Shown here: positions 28,887-37,231 of the stretch, in pieces
Position numbering within the stretch: position 1 is the stretch's first letter
How the letters are laid out: each line of letters begins with the position of its first letter
Virus record (IMG/VR): IMGVR_UViG_3300043411_001575
Location: 32,001 to 96,000 of that record
Source: a virus
Strand: one strand, 5' to 3'
DNA: 64,000 nucleotides
Position numbers and translations under genes: made by a program
Notes under the pieces: generated by a model
What the model saw: only the letters and a program-made list of their open reading frames with translations
What the model was told of the DNA's origin: nothing
The model's database searches: none

Positions 28887-28958
28887 CGTATAGAAAAGGG
28901 TTCGAACCTCTGTAACCTTCATTAACAGTGAAGTGCTTAGCCACTCAGCCATCTATAC
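28887..28958 (-). tRNA. tRNA-Asn(GUU)
   Basis: CTTCA-CT GTT AA-TGAAG; G73. Confidence 0.92.
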
Positions 28959-28969
28959 TTTTTTTCAAT

Positions 28970-29044
28970 TGGTAGCGGAAGGGTGACTCTAACACCCGAC
29001 CTTTGGGATATGAACCCAACGAGCTAACCCTGCTCTATTCCGCA
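28970..29044 (-). tRNA. initiator tRNA-fMet(CAU)
   Basis: GGG/CCC anticodon stem, unpaired 1-72, encoded CCA. Confidence 0.9.
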
Positions 29045-29614
29045 CTGTTTCATTTCATAATGTAGTTCTCTATGACAATTAGAACAAACAATTATGCATT
29101 TATCAAGTTCTTTTTTTATCTTTTCCCAACACGTTGTAGAATATCTTGATATATTAAAATCTTTTTGTTTTGGTTCAATATGGTGGAAATCAAACGCCCA
29201 TATACATTTATCATATCCACATTTTTCACATTTACCACCTTTATATTTAACTGCTTTTTCTTTAATTTTTTGCCGTGCTGTTTTTACTCTCAAATAATTT
29301 CTTTTTTTTCTTTCTTGTGTACTTAAAATTACTTTTTTTACTATTAATTTTAAATATCTTTTTATTCCTGATACAGAAACATTAAATTTTTCTGCTGTTT
29401 GTTTTAATGTATGTGTTTTATAATACTCTTGAACTTTTAATATTTTTTCATCAGATAGTTTCCTTGTATCCATAAGACCTATATATGATAGATTATGGTT
29501 TTTGCAATGATAACTAATAGTAGATGAAGAGCATTTTAGCTTATTTTTTATTTTGCTATAACTCCACCCTTTCTCTCTTAAATTTAATATTTTATTCTTC
29601 AAACCTTTACCCAT
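29024..29614 (-). CDS. HTH-HNH endonuclease; ends inside tRNA-fMet (start 29614)
   Basis: KGGKCEKCGY...FDFHH...ELDKC..VCSNCHRELH; TATATTTG promoter near 29634. Confidence 0.85.
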   Translation of the reverse strand: MGKGLKNKILNLREKGWSYSKIKNKLKCSSSTISYHCKNHNLSYIGLMDTRKLSDEKILKVQEYYKTHTLKQTAEKFNVSVSGIKRYLKLIVKKVILSTQERKKRNYLRVKTARQKIKEKAVKYKGGKCEKCGYDKCIWAFDFHHIEPKQKDFNISRYSTTCWEKIKKELDKCIIVCSNCHRELHYEMKQCGIEQG

Positions 29615-29661
29615 ATAAAAATTATTAATGATACAAATATAGTTAAAAGTTCGATAAATAG

Positions 29662-29735
29662 TACGCAAAGATGGATTTGAACCACCGACCACATGATTAT
29701 CAGTCATGTATTCTAACCAACTGAACTATTTGCGT
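29662..29735 (-). tRNA. tRNA-Ile(GAU)
   Basis: CATGA-CT GAT AA-TCATG. Confidence 0.93.
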
Positions 29736-29749
29736 ATTTAATATTTAAA

Positions 29750-30053
29750 AATGAGAACGCATGTGTGCTTCTTTGCGTTTTTCTCCAACCGCACAGGAAG
29801 GATTTCCAAAAGTGTTTCTCCACTTCCAAAATAAAATCGTATAGCCTCCAATAAAGAAAAGGTTTTGCGCTTTTCGGTCTTGTACCGCCCTGAAACCTCT
29901 GCTCATCTAAGTTATAGACAATTTTAGTTTCATCCAAATTTGGAGCAGTCCTGTTTTTCAACTACATTCATTTATTTTTTTCATAGAGTTTCTATTTCAT
30001 CAGGTCAAGGCTCGAAGCCCCTTTTTCTCACTGACACTCACAGGTAACTCATT
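29750..30053 (-). ncRNA. candidate structured RNA of about 300 nt in tRNA operon
   Basis: AATGAG/CTCATT closing ends, several short GC-rich hairpins, GC-richer than intergenic background. Confidence 0.4.
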
Positions 30054-30109
30054 CTAATCAATTCAGAAAATTCTGAATGATATTTTAATATTTCAAAGAA
30101 CTAAAAACG

Positions 30110-30183
30110 TCCCGACAGCAAGATTTGAACTTGCGACACTTTGGATATGAACCAAATGCTCTACCGAACTGAGCTATGTCGGA
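30110..30183 (-). tRNA. tRNA-Met(CAU), elongator
   Basis: TTTGG-TT CAT AT-CCAAA. Confidence 0.88.
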
Positions 30184-30246
30184 ATATAAGATTCCTTGCT
30201 GCAAGTCCCCGCACTATATCTGCTTTTATGGGGAGGAATCTTTTTG

Positions 30247-30318
30247 AGCCGTGAGAAGGAATCGAACCCTCGTGCGTAGATTACAAATCTACTGCTTTAC
30301 CAACTAAGCTATTACGGC
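30247..30318 (-). tRNA. tRNA-Thr(UGU)
   Basis: GTAGA-TT TGT AA-TCTAC; GCC start. Confidence 0.92.
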
Positions 30319-31025
30319 TAAAATGACTTACCATCTCTTGCTCTTTGTCTCCTACTATGCCTTCCATTACCTTTATTTAAAGCTTTATAATTCAGTGTTA
30401 GTGAATGGCAATTTGGACAAATTAACTCGACATTATCAGAATTATTATTTTTAGAATTTCCATCTTTATGATTTAGTTCAATTGGAACTTTTTTTGTTGT
30501 TTCATTTATTTCGTTCCAACCACACTTCATACACTTTTCACCATACATCAATATCAATGTTCTCTTTAATACAAAATCACTTAATCCGTCCGTATCATTA
30601 TTATTTATCCTTTCAATTAATTTTTTATTTCTGTAATCAGAGCAGCAAACAATAGAACAATATTTTGTAAAATTAGTTTTACACTCACTCTCACAATTCA
30701 CGCATTTTGGCTTCTCTTTTTTTTTCTTTCTAATTCTAAATTTATTAGAAAATGAAGCTGAACATGAATTATTACAAAATTTAGTTCTTACAACACGTTT
30801 GCCATTAATAAAATCAATATTACTAATAGAATTTCCACAATTTAGACACTCAATAATTTTCCTTTTCAAGTTTTCAGAGTAGTATCCTTCTCTATTCAAA
30901 TGATTTTTTATCAATCCCCATGTAAGATTTAATTCTTCCGATATTTGCATATACGTAAATCCTTCTTTAATCATTTTTTTAGCAAAATTTGATTGCTCAA
31001 TTGTTATTTTTCTATTAACACCCAT
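30318..31025 (-). CDS. HNH endonuclease; TAG overlaps first base of tRNA-Thr
   Basis: IELNHKDGNSKNN...N...CPNCHS; paralog of 13121. Confidence 0.9.
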   Translation of the reverse strand: MGVNRKITIEQSNFAKKMIKEGFTYMQISEELNLTWGLIKNHLNREGYYSENLKRKIIECLNCGNSISNIDFINGKRVVRTKFCNNSCSASFSNKFRIRKKKKEKPKCVNCESECKTNFTKYCSIVCCSDYRNKKLIERINNNDTDGLSDFVLKRTLILMYGEKCMKCGWNEINETTKKVPIELNHKDGNSKNNNSDNVELICPNCHSLTLNYKALNKGNGRHSRRQRARDGKSF

Positions 31026-31132
31026 TTGTTTTTAATAATTAGTTGAAATACAAATTTAACAAAAAAAATAAACAAAGTCAATAATTCAAATAAAACTATT
31101 GGCTCAATACATATTTTCAAAGAACGTAAAAC

Positions 31133-31162
31133 AAAAAGCCCCAACTTTTTAGGTTGAGGCTT
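31133..31162 (-). terminator. attenuator terminator of the 16-tRNA operon
   Basis: Minus strand AAGCCTCAAC-loop-GTTGGGGCTT plus T run. Confidence 0.85.
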
Positions 31163-31186
31163 CTGTGTTTGTATTTTTATGTTTTA

Positions 31187-31297
31187 TTACACTCCCATTG
31201 TCGTAATTAAACAATACACAGATGCCCCTTGAGTACACGCCTTATCGCCCGTATTCTCTGACCACATATTTTCCACTATAATATTTCTGCGTTTCAT
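31187..31297 (-). CDS. leader peptide MKRRNIIVENMWSENTGDKACTQGASVYCLITTMGV
   Basis: 36-codon ORF after TATATTTG promoter (~31340); first 22 codons include all 13 amino acids of the downstream tRNAs. Confidence 0.85.
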   Translation of the reverse strand: MKRRNIIVENMWSENTGDKACTQGASVYCLITTMGV

Positions 31298-31401
31298 TAT
31301 TTTTATTATTTATTACCACACCATGTAGTAATGAGCTGCAAATATACAACTATTGTTTTTTTAAATGCAAATTTATTTTCAATTATTTTTTCATTTTACA
31401 T

Positions 31402-31716
31402 TTAAAACATTGTAAATCTGATGATTAAAATTACATAGACCATCAAACTTATTATCCATCTATTAATTATTTTTCGATTAAAGCTTCTCCAATTAGCTAC
31501 AAATTTATCATCATACGACTGATAAAAAATAAAACGTGCAACACTCATTTTATCTTGATTTAATTTTAATTCAATGAGTACTTTTTCCTTGTATTTCAAT
31601 GCACTCAAGATACCTATAGTATATCGAATAACAAAAGAAAGTATTTTATATGGAAGCAGTATTACGAAGAAAATTAATCTGAAAATGGCTTCAATGAACA
31701 TTAAGTAGAGATACAT
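31402..31716 (-). CDS. membrane protein
   Basis: Hydrophobic termini. Confidence 0.55.
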   Translation of the reverse strand: MYLYLMFIEAIFRLIFFVILLPYKILSFVIRYTIGILSALKYKEKVLIELKLNQDKMSVARFIFYQSYDDKFVANWRSFNRKIINRWIISLMVYVILIIRFTMF

Positions 31717-31759
31717 AGTTTTTATTTTTTGCTGTTATTAATTATTTTATTTTAAATTA

Positions 31760-32044
31760 TTAAACGAAATTAGCGATTCCATTGGTAATAATGTAGTGAC
31801 TCCTACATTCAAATAACTGTTGTAATGATGGCTTCACTGTTAATTTACCATTTTCATTATCAATAGACCACTCGCCTTGTTTAATTGGTATTGGAGCTTT
31901 TACACCACATCCACATAGGCATAAATGATTTGCAACTCCGTATTCTTTTGAATAGTATAGTTTTCCAAATTCTAATTCATCAGGCATAAACTCATCATCA
32001 TTCAATTCTATAAGTTCTATTGGAACTCTTTTTAGCGTTTTCAT
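31760..32044 (-). CDS. DUF6527-like Cys/His protein
   Basis: HLCLCGCG...LTVKPSL....CRSHY. Confidence 0.75.
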   Translation of the reverse strand: MKTLKRVPIELIELNDDEFMPDELEFGKLYYSKEYGVANHLCLCGCGVKAPIPIKQGEWSIDNENGKLTVKPSLQQLFECRSHYIITNGIANFV

Positions 32045-32713
32045 TTACACGATTTCGTTTTTAAATTTATCGAAGAAATATTTTGGAATTTCAGAATGTC
32101 TTAACTTAACTTTTTCAGCTACTCCTCCTGATGATTCAATCTTCGAATCAAGTTTCGGTAATGCTGATTTTATTGCAGGGTATCCTCCCCAATTCGAATC
32201 ATTATAAACCATTTTTGTTTTTGAATTAAATGGTAAAGACAAGTACCTTTCGTTTGTAGAAGGGTCTATTAAACCAACGAATTTAAAATTATTGTTATAA
32301 GCCTTTTGTACGTTTGTTCCTCCTGCTGAATATCCTATAAGAGATGACGAACTTGTTTTATAATTATTATCAGAAAGATATTTTAAAGCTTCTGATTTTA
32401 CTGATTCAAAAGATGATGTGTATGGAGCGAAAACAACAATTGCTTTAGATAATACTTCAATAGGAACTTGTTGCAACATCCAATCAGGAGTAGCAAAATC
32501 AATACCTCCAAAAACATATATAAGTGGATAAGATTCTTTTTTTGATTTAGGAATTGAGATTAAAAGTTTACCGATTTTTTTTGTAGTATTACCTAATTCC
32601 TGATTTTCTAAGTTGGAGTCATCTGATTTTTTTCTGAAAAATATTTTGTAAATACCATAGATACTAGCAAATGCAAAAGAACCAATTAATATATTTTTAC
32701 CTGTCTTATTCAT
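32045..32713 (-). CDS. membrane-anchored alpha/beta hydrolase
   Basis: N-terminal TM helix; GYSAGG nucleophile elbow; LIDP; C-terminal His. Confidence 0.75.
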   Translation of the reverse strand: MNKTGKNILIGSFAFASIYGIYKIFFRKKSDDSNLENQELGNTTKKIGKLLISIPKSKKESYPLIYVFGGIDFATPDWMLQQVPIEVLSKAIVVFAPYTSSFESVKSEALKYLSDNNYKTSSSSLIGYSAGGTNVQKAYNNNFKFVGLIDPSTNERYLSLPFNSKTKMVYNDSNWGGYPAIKSALPKLDSKIESSGGVAEKVKLRHSEIPKYFFDKFKNEIV

Positions 32714-32728
32714 GCATCAAATATAAAC

Positions 32729-32760
32729 AAAAAACCTGAAACAATTAAGCTTCAGGTTTC
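32729..32760 (-). terminator. intrinsic terminator after tmRNA
   Basis: AAACCTGAA-loop-TTCAGGTTT plus T run on minus strand. Confidence 0.75.
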
Positions 32761-32764
32761 TTTT

Positions 32765-32985
32765 GAACCTCTTTCGAGGGCTGAGAATGTTCCCCACTAG
32801 GGAAGATTAAGCAGCTAATTTTACTTCGCCATTTAAGACTTGTGAGTTTCTAATTTAGTTTTCCTTACGCTGTCAAAACCGTGCGCACCCATGTGTAATA
32901 CTCATCATTGGTGGAAGCGGAGAGATTCGAACTCTCGTCCAAACATAACTATTAAAAAATTTCATGTATAAATACAAACGAAACT
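32765..32985 (-). ncRNA. ssrA: tmRNA, circularly permuted two-piece gene; tag (A)GEVKLAA
   Basis: T arm/acceptor GAGAGTTCGAATCTCTCCGCTTCCACCA ends at 32909; 18-nt spacer; 5' piece GGGTGCGCACGGTTTTGACAGC starts at 32890; G3-U70; tag at 32830-32807. Confidence 0.88.
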
Positions 32986-33210
32986 CGATGCAAATATACA
33001 AAATTATTTGATTAGTAAAAAAAGAAAACCCCGCAATGGAGTGAGCGGGGCTTTCAAAGGCAAACCATCTAATTTTATACGGTCAAATACTAGAGAAGAT
33101 GATGTGGTTGCGGTACAAATGTAGTAACATGATTCTAATCATTAAAAAATAAAATCAGTGCTTTATCAACATGGTTTTTAACATTCGTATTTATTGAATG
33201 CTTTTGTAAA

Positions 33211-33280
33211 TGTTAATAATTATTTTTAAGTTCTATTTGAATATTAAAACTAACAACTTATTTTTGTTTTTCGGTCATAT
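33211..33280 (+). promoter_or_regulatory. promoter with TGTTAATAA and CGGTCA boxes
   Basis: TGTTAATAA 33211, TATTTTTG 33259, CGGTCA 33272. Confidence 0.7.
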
Positions 33281-33297
33281 ACAATTACAAAAAAAAC

Positions 33298-33780
33298 ATG
33301 GTGAAGAACAAAAATATTTATATGAATAAGCTGACCGCTATTGACAAGTCATTATTATACGGAAAGCCCGCTACAGTAAGAGAACTACTTGAAGGATTAC
33401 AAAGTAAAGTTTTTTCTAAATCTAGTAAAGAAGCTCCTATTACTATTTCAACAACAGGAGAAGTTACAGAATTATTAACAGTAGTATACAAGTGTACAGA
33501 CTGCGAATGCCTTCACTTAGATAGTGGATACAACATAAGTAATCATTATAGTGCGGGAGATGTTGTTTACATTGATAAATCAGATGAAGAAGATTGTGTA
33601 TCGATTGGAGAAATGATTTCTCTTATTGAAGAAGGAGATATTGATTTAGATAGCCCAATTATCATTTCATGCTCTATTGATAATAACAGCTTTCCAATGA
33701 CTATGCTTATTAAGTGTAGTGAATCGTGTCCATCTGCACATATAACATTTCATGTTAGTAACGAAATCATAATGAATTAA
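33298..33780 (+). CDS. hypothetical protein with two internal CxxC..H repeats
   Basis: KCTDCECLH / KCSESCPSAH. Confidence 0.7.
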   Translation: MVKNKNIYMNKLTAIDKSLLYGKPATVRELLEGLQSKVFSKSSKEAPITISTTGEVTELLTVVYKCTDCECLHLDSGYNISNHYSAGDVVYIDKSDEEDCVSIGEMISLIEEGDIDLDSPIIISCSIDNNSFPMTMLIKCSESCPSAHITFHVSNEIIMN

Positions 33781-33781
33781 A

Positions 33782-33973
33782 ATGAAAGAAATTAAAGAAG
33801 TCCTTCAACTCGAATCAATAGAAGAGTTGGAAAGTCAAATTAAAGAAAGACGAGAGCTTGGCACTAAGACACCAAGCTTTATACACACCTGTATTTTAAT
33901 GAATGAAATAATTAAAATAGAGCAAAGAGTTTTAGAAGTTAAAAGCAAATTAAACATCAAAAAAACAACATAA
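33782..33973 (+). CDS. hypothetical protein
   Basis: ORF in operon. Confidence 0.6.
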   Translation: MKEIKEVLQLESIEELESQIKERRELGTKTPSFIHTCILMNEIIKIEQRVLEVKSKLNIKKTT

Positions 33974-34386
33974 TGGAGAGTAGAGAAATTTTACCTGCAC
34001 AAAGAAGATTAAGTATTGAGAAAGCAGTTGAGCTTTACGGCACATTTGGAGATGGAGACCAATTTGAATCATTGGTAAATATTATTACAAATTATGAAAG
34101 AGCATTAAAGTCAGTTGAGGACAACTTCTACAAATGGAGGCTAGATAATACTAAATACTTTACAACTTACTTTAAATGGAATAGAGTAAAAGATGGAGAA
34201 TATGTTTCATTTGGTAAGTTTACTCATTTCAGTTTTTATGATAGACTGAAAAAGTATATCGATATACTACCAAAGGCAGAAGCGTTCTATGAAGAAAACA
34301 GAATAAGTAAGATTGAAGACATGAAAAAGCGAAACGAAAGAAGTGCTGACAATGGACAAAAAAATGAATTAGAAAAAAAAGATTAG
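33973..34386 (+). CDS. hypothetical protein
   Basis: ORF; TAATG overlap. Confidence 0.7.
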   Translation: MESREILPAQRRLSIEKAVELYGTFGDGDQFESLVNIITNYERALKSVEDNFYKWRLDNTKYFTTYFKWNRVKDGEYVSFGKFTHFSFYDRLKKYIDILPKAEAFYEENRISKIEDMKKRNERSADNGQKNELEKKD

Positions 34387-34406
34387 TTTTACCAAAAATT
34401 AAAAAC

Positions 34407-34691
34407 ATGTTTATAGTAGAAGAAAAAGTTTATTTTAAGGGTACTGAAGATTACATAGTACCATTCGTTCAGGAAGAAAACTCAGAAGAACTAAAAAAAG
34501 TTCATTTCAAACCACAAACAACAAACATCCTTGCATTAGTTCAAGAAGATATAAAAATGGCTTTGATAAAGCATGAAGGAGGTTACGATATAAATACTTT
34601 CGTAGATTTAGAAATAGTTCCTGAGAGCTATCGTGATAGCGGATTAACTGCCATTTTAGTTGAAGAAGCTTTTTTAGAGAAAATAATGTAG
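34407..34691 (+). CDS. hypothetical protein
   Basis: ORF in operon. Confidence 0.7.
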   Translation: MFIVEEKVYFKGTEDYIVPFVQEENSEELKKVHFKPQTTNILALVQEDIKMALIKHEGGYDINTFVDLEIVPESYRDSGLTAILVEEAFLEKIM

Positions 34692-34709
34692 AAAAAAATA
34701 ATGGAGTAA

Positions 34710-35180
34710 ATGAAAAAAGAACAACAAGAAAAATTTGAACTGATTGCTAAAGAAGCTTTCAAAACATTTGGAGTTAAGTTTCAAAGAAACATGCTCGTAG
34801 AAGAATGTAGTGAACTTATAATGGCTATTCAAAAACTAAAAAGAGCTGAATATACAAATTGCAGTCCTATTGCATCTCAAAGAAAAAACAATCAAGCTAA
34901 TCTTATATCAAGAAAAGATAATCTAGTTGAAGAAATGGTAGATGTTTCAATCATCATTATGCAGTTTCATCTCTGTTCTTCTGACGCAGTAAAAAAGCGA
35001 TTCGATGATATTTTCGCTAGTAAAATGGAGCGATTAGATAAACGAACTAAAGAACATAAAAAGACTTTAACTTCAACAGTTAAATCAAAGAAAAAGAAGT
35101 CTCCCGCTAAAAAAGTCGCTTTAAAACCAAAGGACAAATTACCTAGAACTAAATTCAAAAAGGTAGCAATCAAAAAATAA
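34710..35180 (+). CDS. MazG-like NTP pyrophosphohydrolase with Lys-rich tail
   Basis: LVEECSEL...LVEEMVDV.I. Confidence 0.8.
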   Translation: MKKEQQEKFELIAKEAFKTFGVKFQRNMLVEECSELIMAIQKLKRAEYTNCSPIASQRKNNQANLISRKDNLVEEMVDVSIIIMQFHLCSSDAVKKRFDDIFASKMERLDKRTKEHKKTLTSTVKSKKKKSPAKKVALKPKDKLPRTKFKKVAIKK

Positions 35181-35251
35181 TAAAAACTGTTAATAACTTA
35201 TTTTTGTTATTAGTTGCATTATAACTATATTTGCATTTCATTAGCGGTCAA

Positions 35252-36307
35252 ATGAATCAAACTTTTAATAGTATTACATCAGAGGAACTTTGTAAAAAGC
35301 TTAGTATTAAAGATACTAGGTCTCTATTAACTACAGAAGGATTTCCTAAACCTTTATTCAATGAAGGCGAAATGCTATTTAGTAAAGAAGAAGTTTCGAA
35401 ATATTTTAACATTGAAAATATTGATGAGGCTTTTATAACTACTAAAGAAGCTGCTAAATATGTTAACTTAGGGACAGAACACCTTAAAAATTTAGCTTCT
35501 CAAAATAAAGTTCCTAGTTATAGGATGAAATCTGTAAAAGGGAGCGGTTATTTATTTAGAAAATCAGAACTAGACATTTTTTTGAAAACTGATGTTAAAG
35601 GTAATACCGAGTTCGTAAATTATTTTGTTGGCAATGAAATAATGAAAAACATTTTTTTAAATTACATTGAACTATACAGAAACGTAGTGACAATAAGGGA
35701 ACACGAGGTCGTTTATGAATATTTTTTTAACAGAAAAACATTTGTTGAAATAGGGAAACATTTTGATTTAACTCCAATTAGAGTACGTTCAATTTTTTAT
35801 AAAGCCATGAATAGGTTTAATAGAAAATTAACTACTCAAAACATGCTCGATATAGGTGAATTAGAAAGAAAAATAATTCAAAAGGACATTGAAATAAAAT
35901 ATTTGAGAGAATTGATATACGAAAAAAAATTGGCAAGTTCAGATGCCAAGCAGACTGAATTTAACGAGTATCAAAAAACGAAAACATGTGTTGATTTCCT
36001 ATCTAGGAATATTTTAGATGAAGACATAAGTGTTAGAGCATTAAACATATTAAGAGGTATTGACAAAATTAATATTTATGATATATTGGTCAACTTCAAT
36101 ACATTTAATAAAACAGCTAGACACCTTATTAAATTAAGAAATATGGGTAAAAGAACATGTAACGAATTAACTGAATTTATTATAGATAAAGAAAAAGAGT
36201 TTGAAATAGTAACAGGAGTGAGTTCTGAAGAGTTTTTTTCAGATAGACCAAAAACTCCTGAAAATCTATCTTTATTTTCAAAAATACACGCAAATTTTAA
36301 AAATTAA
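35252..36307 (+). CDS. multi-domain regulator: excisionase-type HTH + sigma region-4-like HTH + RNA polymerase alpha-CTD-like domain
   Basis: ITTKEAAKYV...YLFRKSELD; TIREHEVV...TFVEIGKHFDLTPIRVRSI; ISVRALNILR...LIKLRNMGKRTCNEL; promoter TATATTTG 35226. Confidence 0.75.
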   Translation: MNQTFNSITSEELCKKLSIKDTRSLLTTEGFPKPLFNEGEMLFSKEEVSKYFNIENIDEAFITTKEAAKYVNLGTEHLKNLASQNKVPSYRMKSVKGSGYLFRKSELDIFLKTDVKGNTEFVNYFVGNEIMKNIFLNYIELYRNVVTIREHEVVYEYFFNRKTFVEIGKHFDLTPIRVRSIFYKAMNRFNRKLTTQNMLDIGELERKIIQKDIEIKYLRELIYEKKLASSDAKQTEFNEYQKTKTCVDFLSRNILDEDISVRALNILRGIDKINIYDILVNFNTFNKTARHLIKLRNMGKRTCNELTEFIIDKEKEFEIVTGVSSEEFFSDRPKTPENLSLFSKIHANFKN

Positions 36308-36310
36308 TTT

Positions 36311-36589
36311 ATGACTGAAGAAGAAAAAACAATTTTATTTAATTTATTAGGGATAATTATTGTATTCGTAATATTAGGCTATTTTGCATTATGGATGGCA
36401 CGGAAGTCTTGGGACATATACGAGAATTTAGATAAATTAGAAAAAAGAGTATCTGTAGCGAAAAGCATTATAGAACTTGAAGAGTGTATTTCAGATATAG
36501 AAAAACTTAACTTGTTTCATCCTTCACATCACCAAGAGGTTCAAAAAATAAAGGATATGATAAAAGTTAAAATGCAATACTTAAATTAG
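36311..36589 (+). CDS. membrane-anchored hypothetical protein
   Basis: N-terminal TM helix. Confidence 0.65.
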   Translation: MTEEEKTILFNLLGIIIVFVILGYFALWMARKSWDIYENLDKLEKRVSVAKSIIELEECISDIEKLNLFHPSHHQEVQKIKDMIKVKMQYLN

Positions 36590-36592
36590 AAT

Positions 36593-37225
36593 ATGAAAGA
36601 AATCATTTACTACATCGTGATATTTGGAGTGTTCGCAGTAAATATTGCTGAACTTTATTTATCAAGAAAAGAAGATAATAATTGCTACAAATTAGTTTAT
36701 TTAAGAAGACCATTAGATTGGCTTTTAGCATTACTAGTTATCATTTGCCTTATTACATCTGTTGGATTATTATACCCATACATCCCTGAATTTCTTAAAT
36801 TCAGTTTATTTTCACTATTAGATAAAGATGGTACAAATGCAAATATTGAAATCATTAATAAATCAAATGATATATCGGTATATTTGACTATAATTATTTT
36901 CTTATTTTTCGCTTTACTATTACCTAAAGCAGCTTATTGGGAAGAACAAAAATTCAGGCAAGGTGATGAGAAATTCAGTCAATCTATTTTATCAAATATT
37001 AAATTTGGAATGATTCATTGCTTAATAGGTATTCCTGTTTACATTGGAATATTTTTGATAATCATTGGGTTTGTTTTAACTCTAAAATATTTAAGTACAT
37101 ACAGAAAAACAAATTCACACAAACTAGCTGTTGAATCAAGCACTAGTCTTCATGGAAAGTATAATATAATTCTAGTTTCAATATTAGCACTATCACTTAT
37201 ACTCAAAGAAGTTTATTCAAAATAA
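36593..37225 (+). CDS. CPBP/CAAX-family intramembrane metalloprotease
   Basis: EExxFR, FGxxH, HxxYN motifs with multiple TM helices. Confidence 0.8.
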   Translation: MKEIIYYIVIFGVFAVNIAELYLSRKEDNNCYKLVYLRRPLDWLLALLVIICLITSVGLLYPYIPEFLKFSLFSLLDKDGTNANIEIINKSNDISVYLTIIIFLFFALLLPKAAYWEEQKFRQGDEKFSQSILSNIKFGMIHCLIGIPVYIGIFLIIIGFVLTLKYLSTYRKTNSHKLAVESSTSLHGKYNIILVSILALSLILKEVYSK

Positions 37226-37231
37226 AAAAAT

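Noticed and set aside
29615-29961. ORF 29713-29961 and the 29707 start for the HNH gene
   Set aside because: Both overlap tRNA-Ile; the HNH gene has its own promoter and an ATG at 29614
29985-30005. Hammerhead ribozyme core (CTGATGA...GAAA on minus strand)
   Set aside because: Only 4 nt between the core elements and no convincing flanking stems
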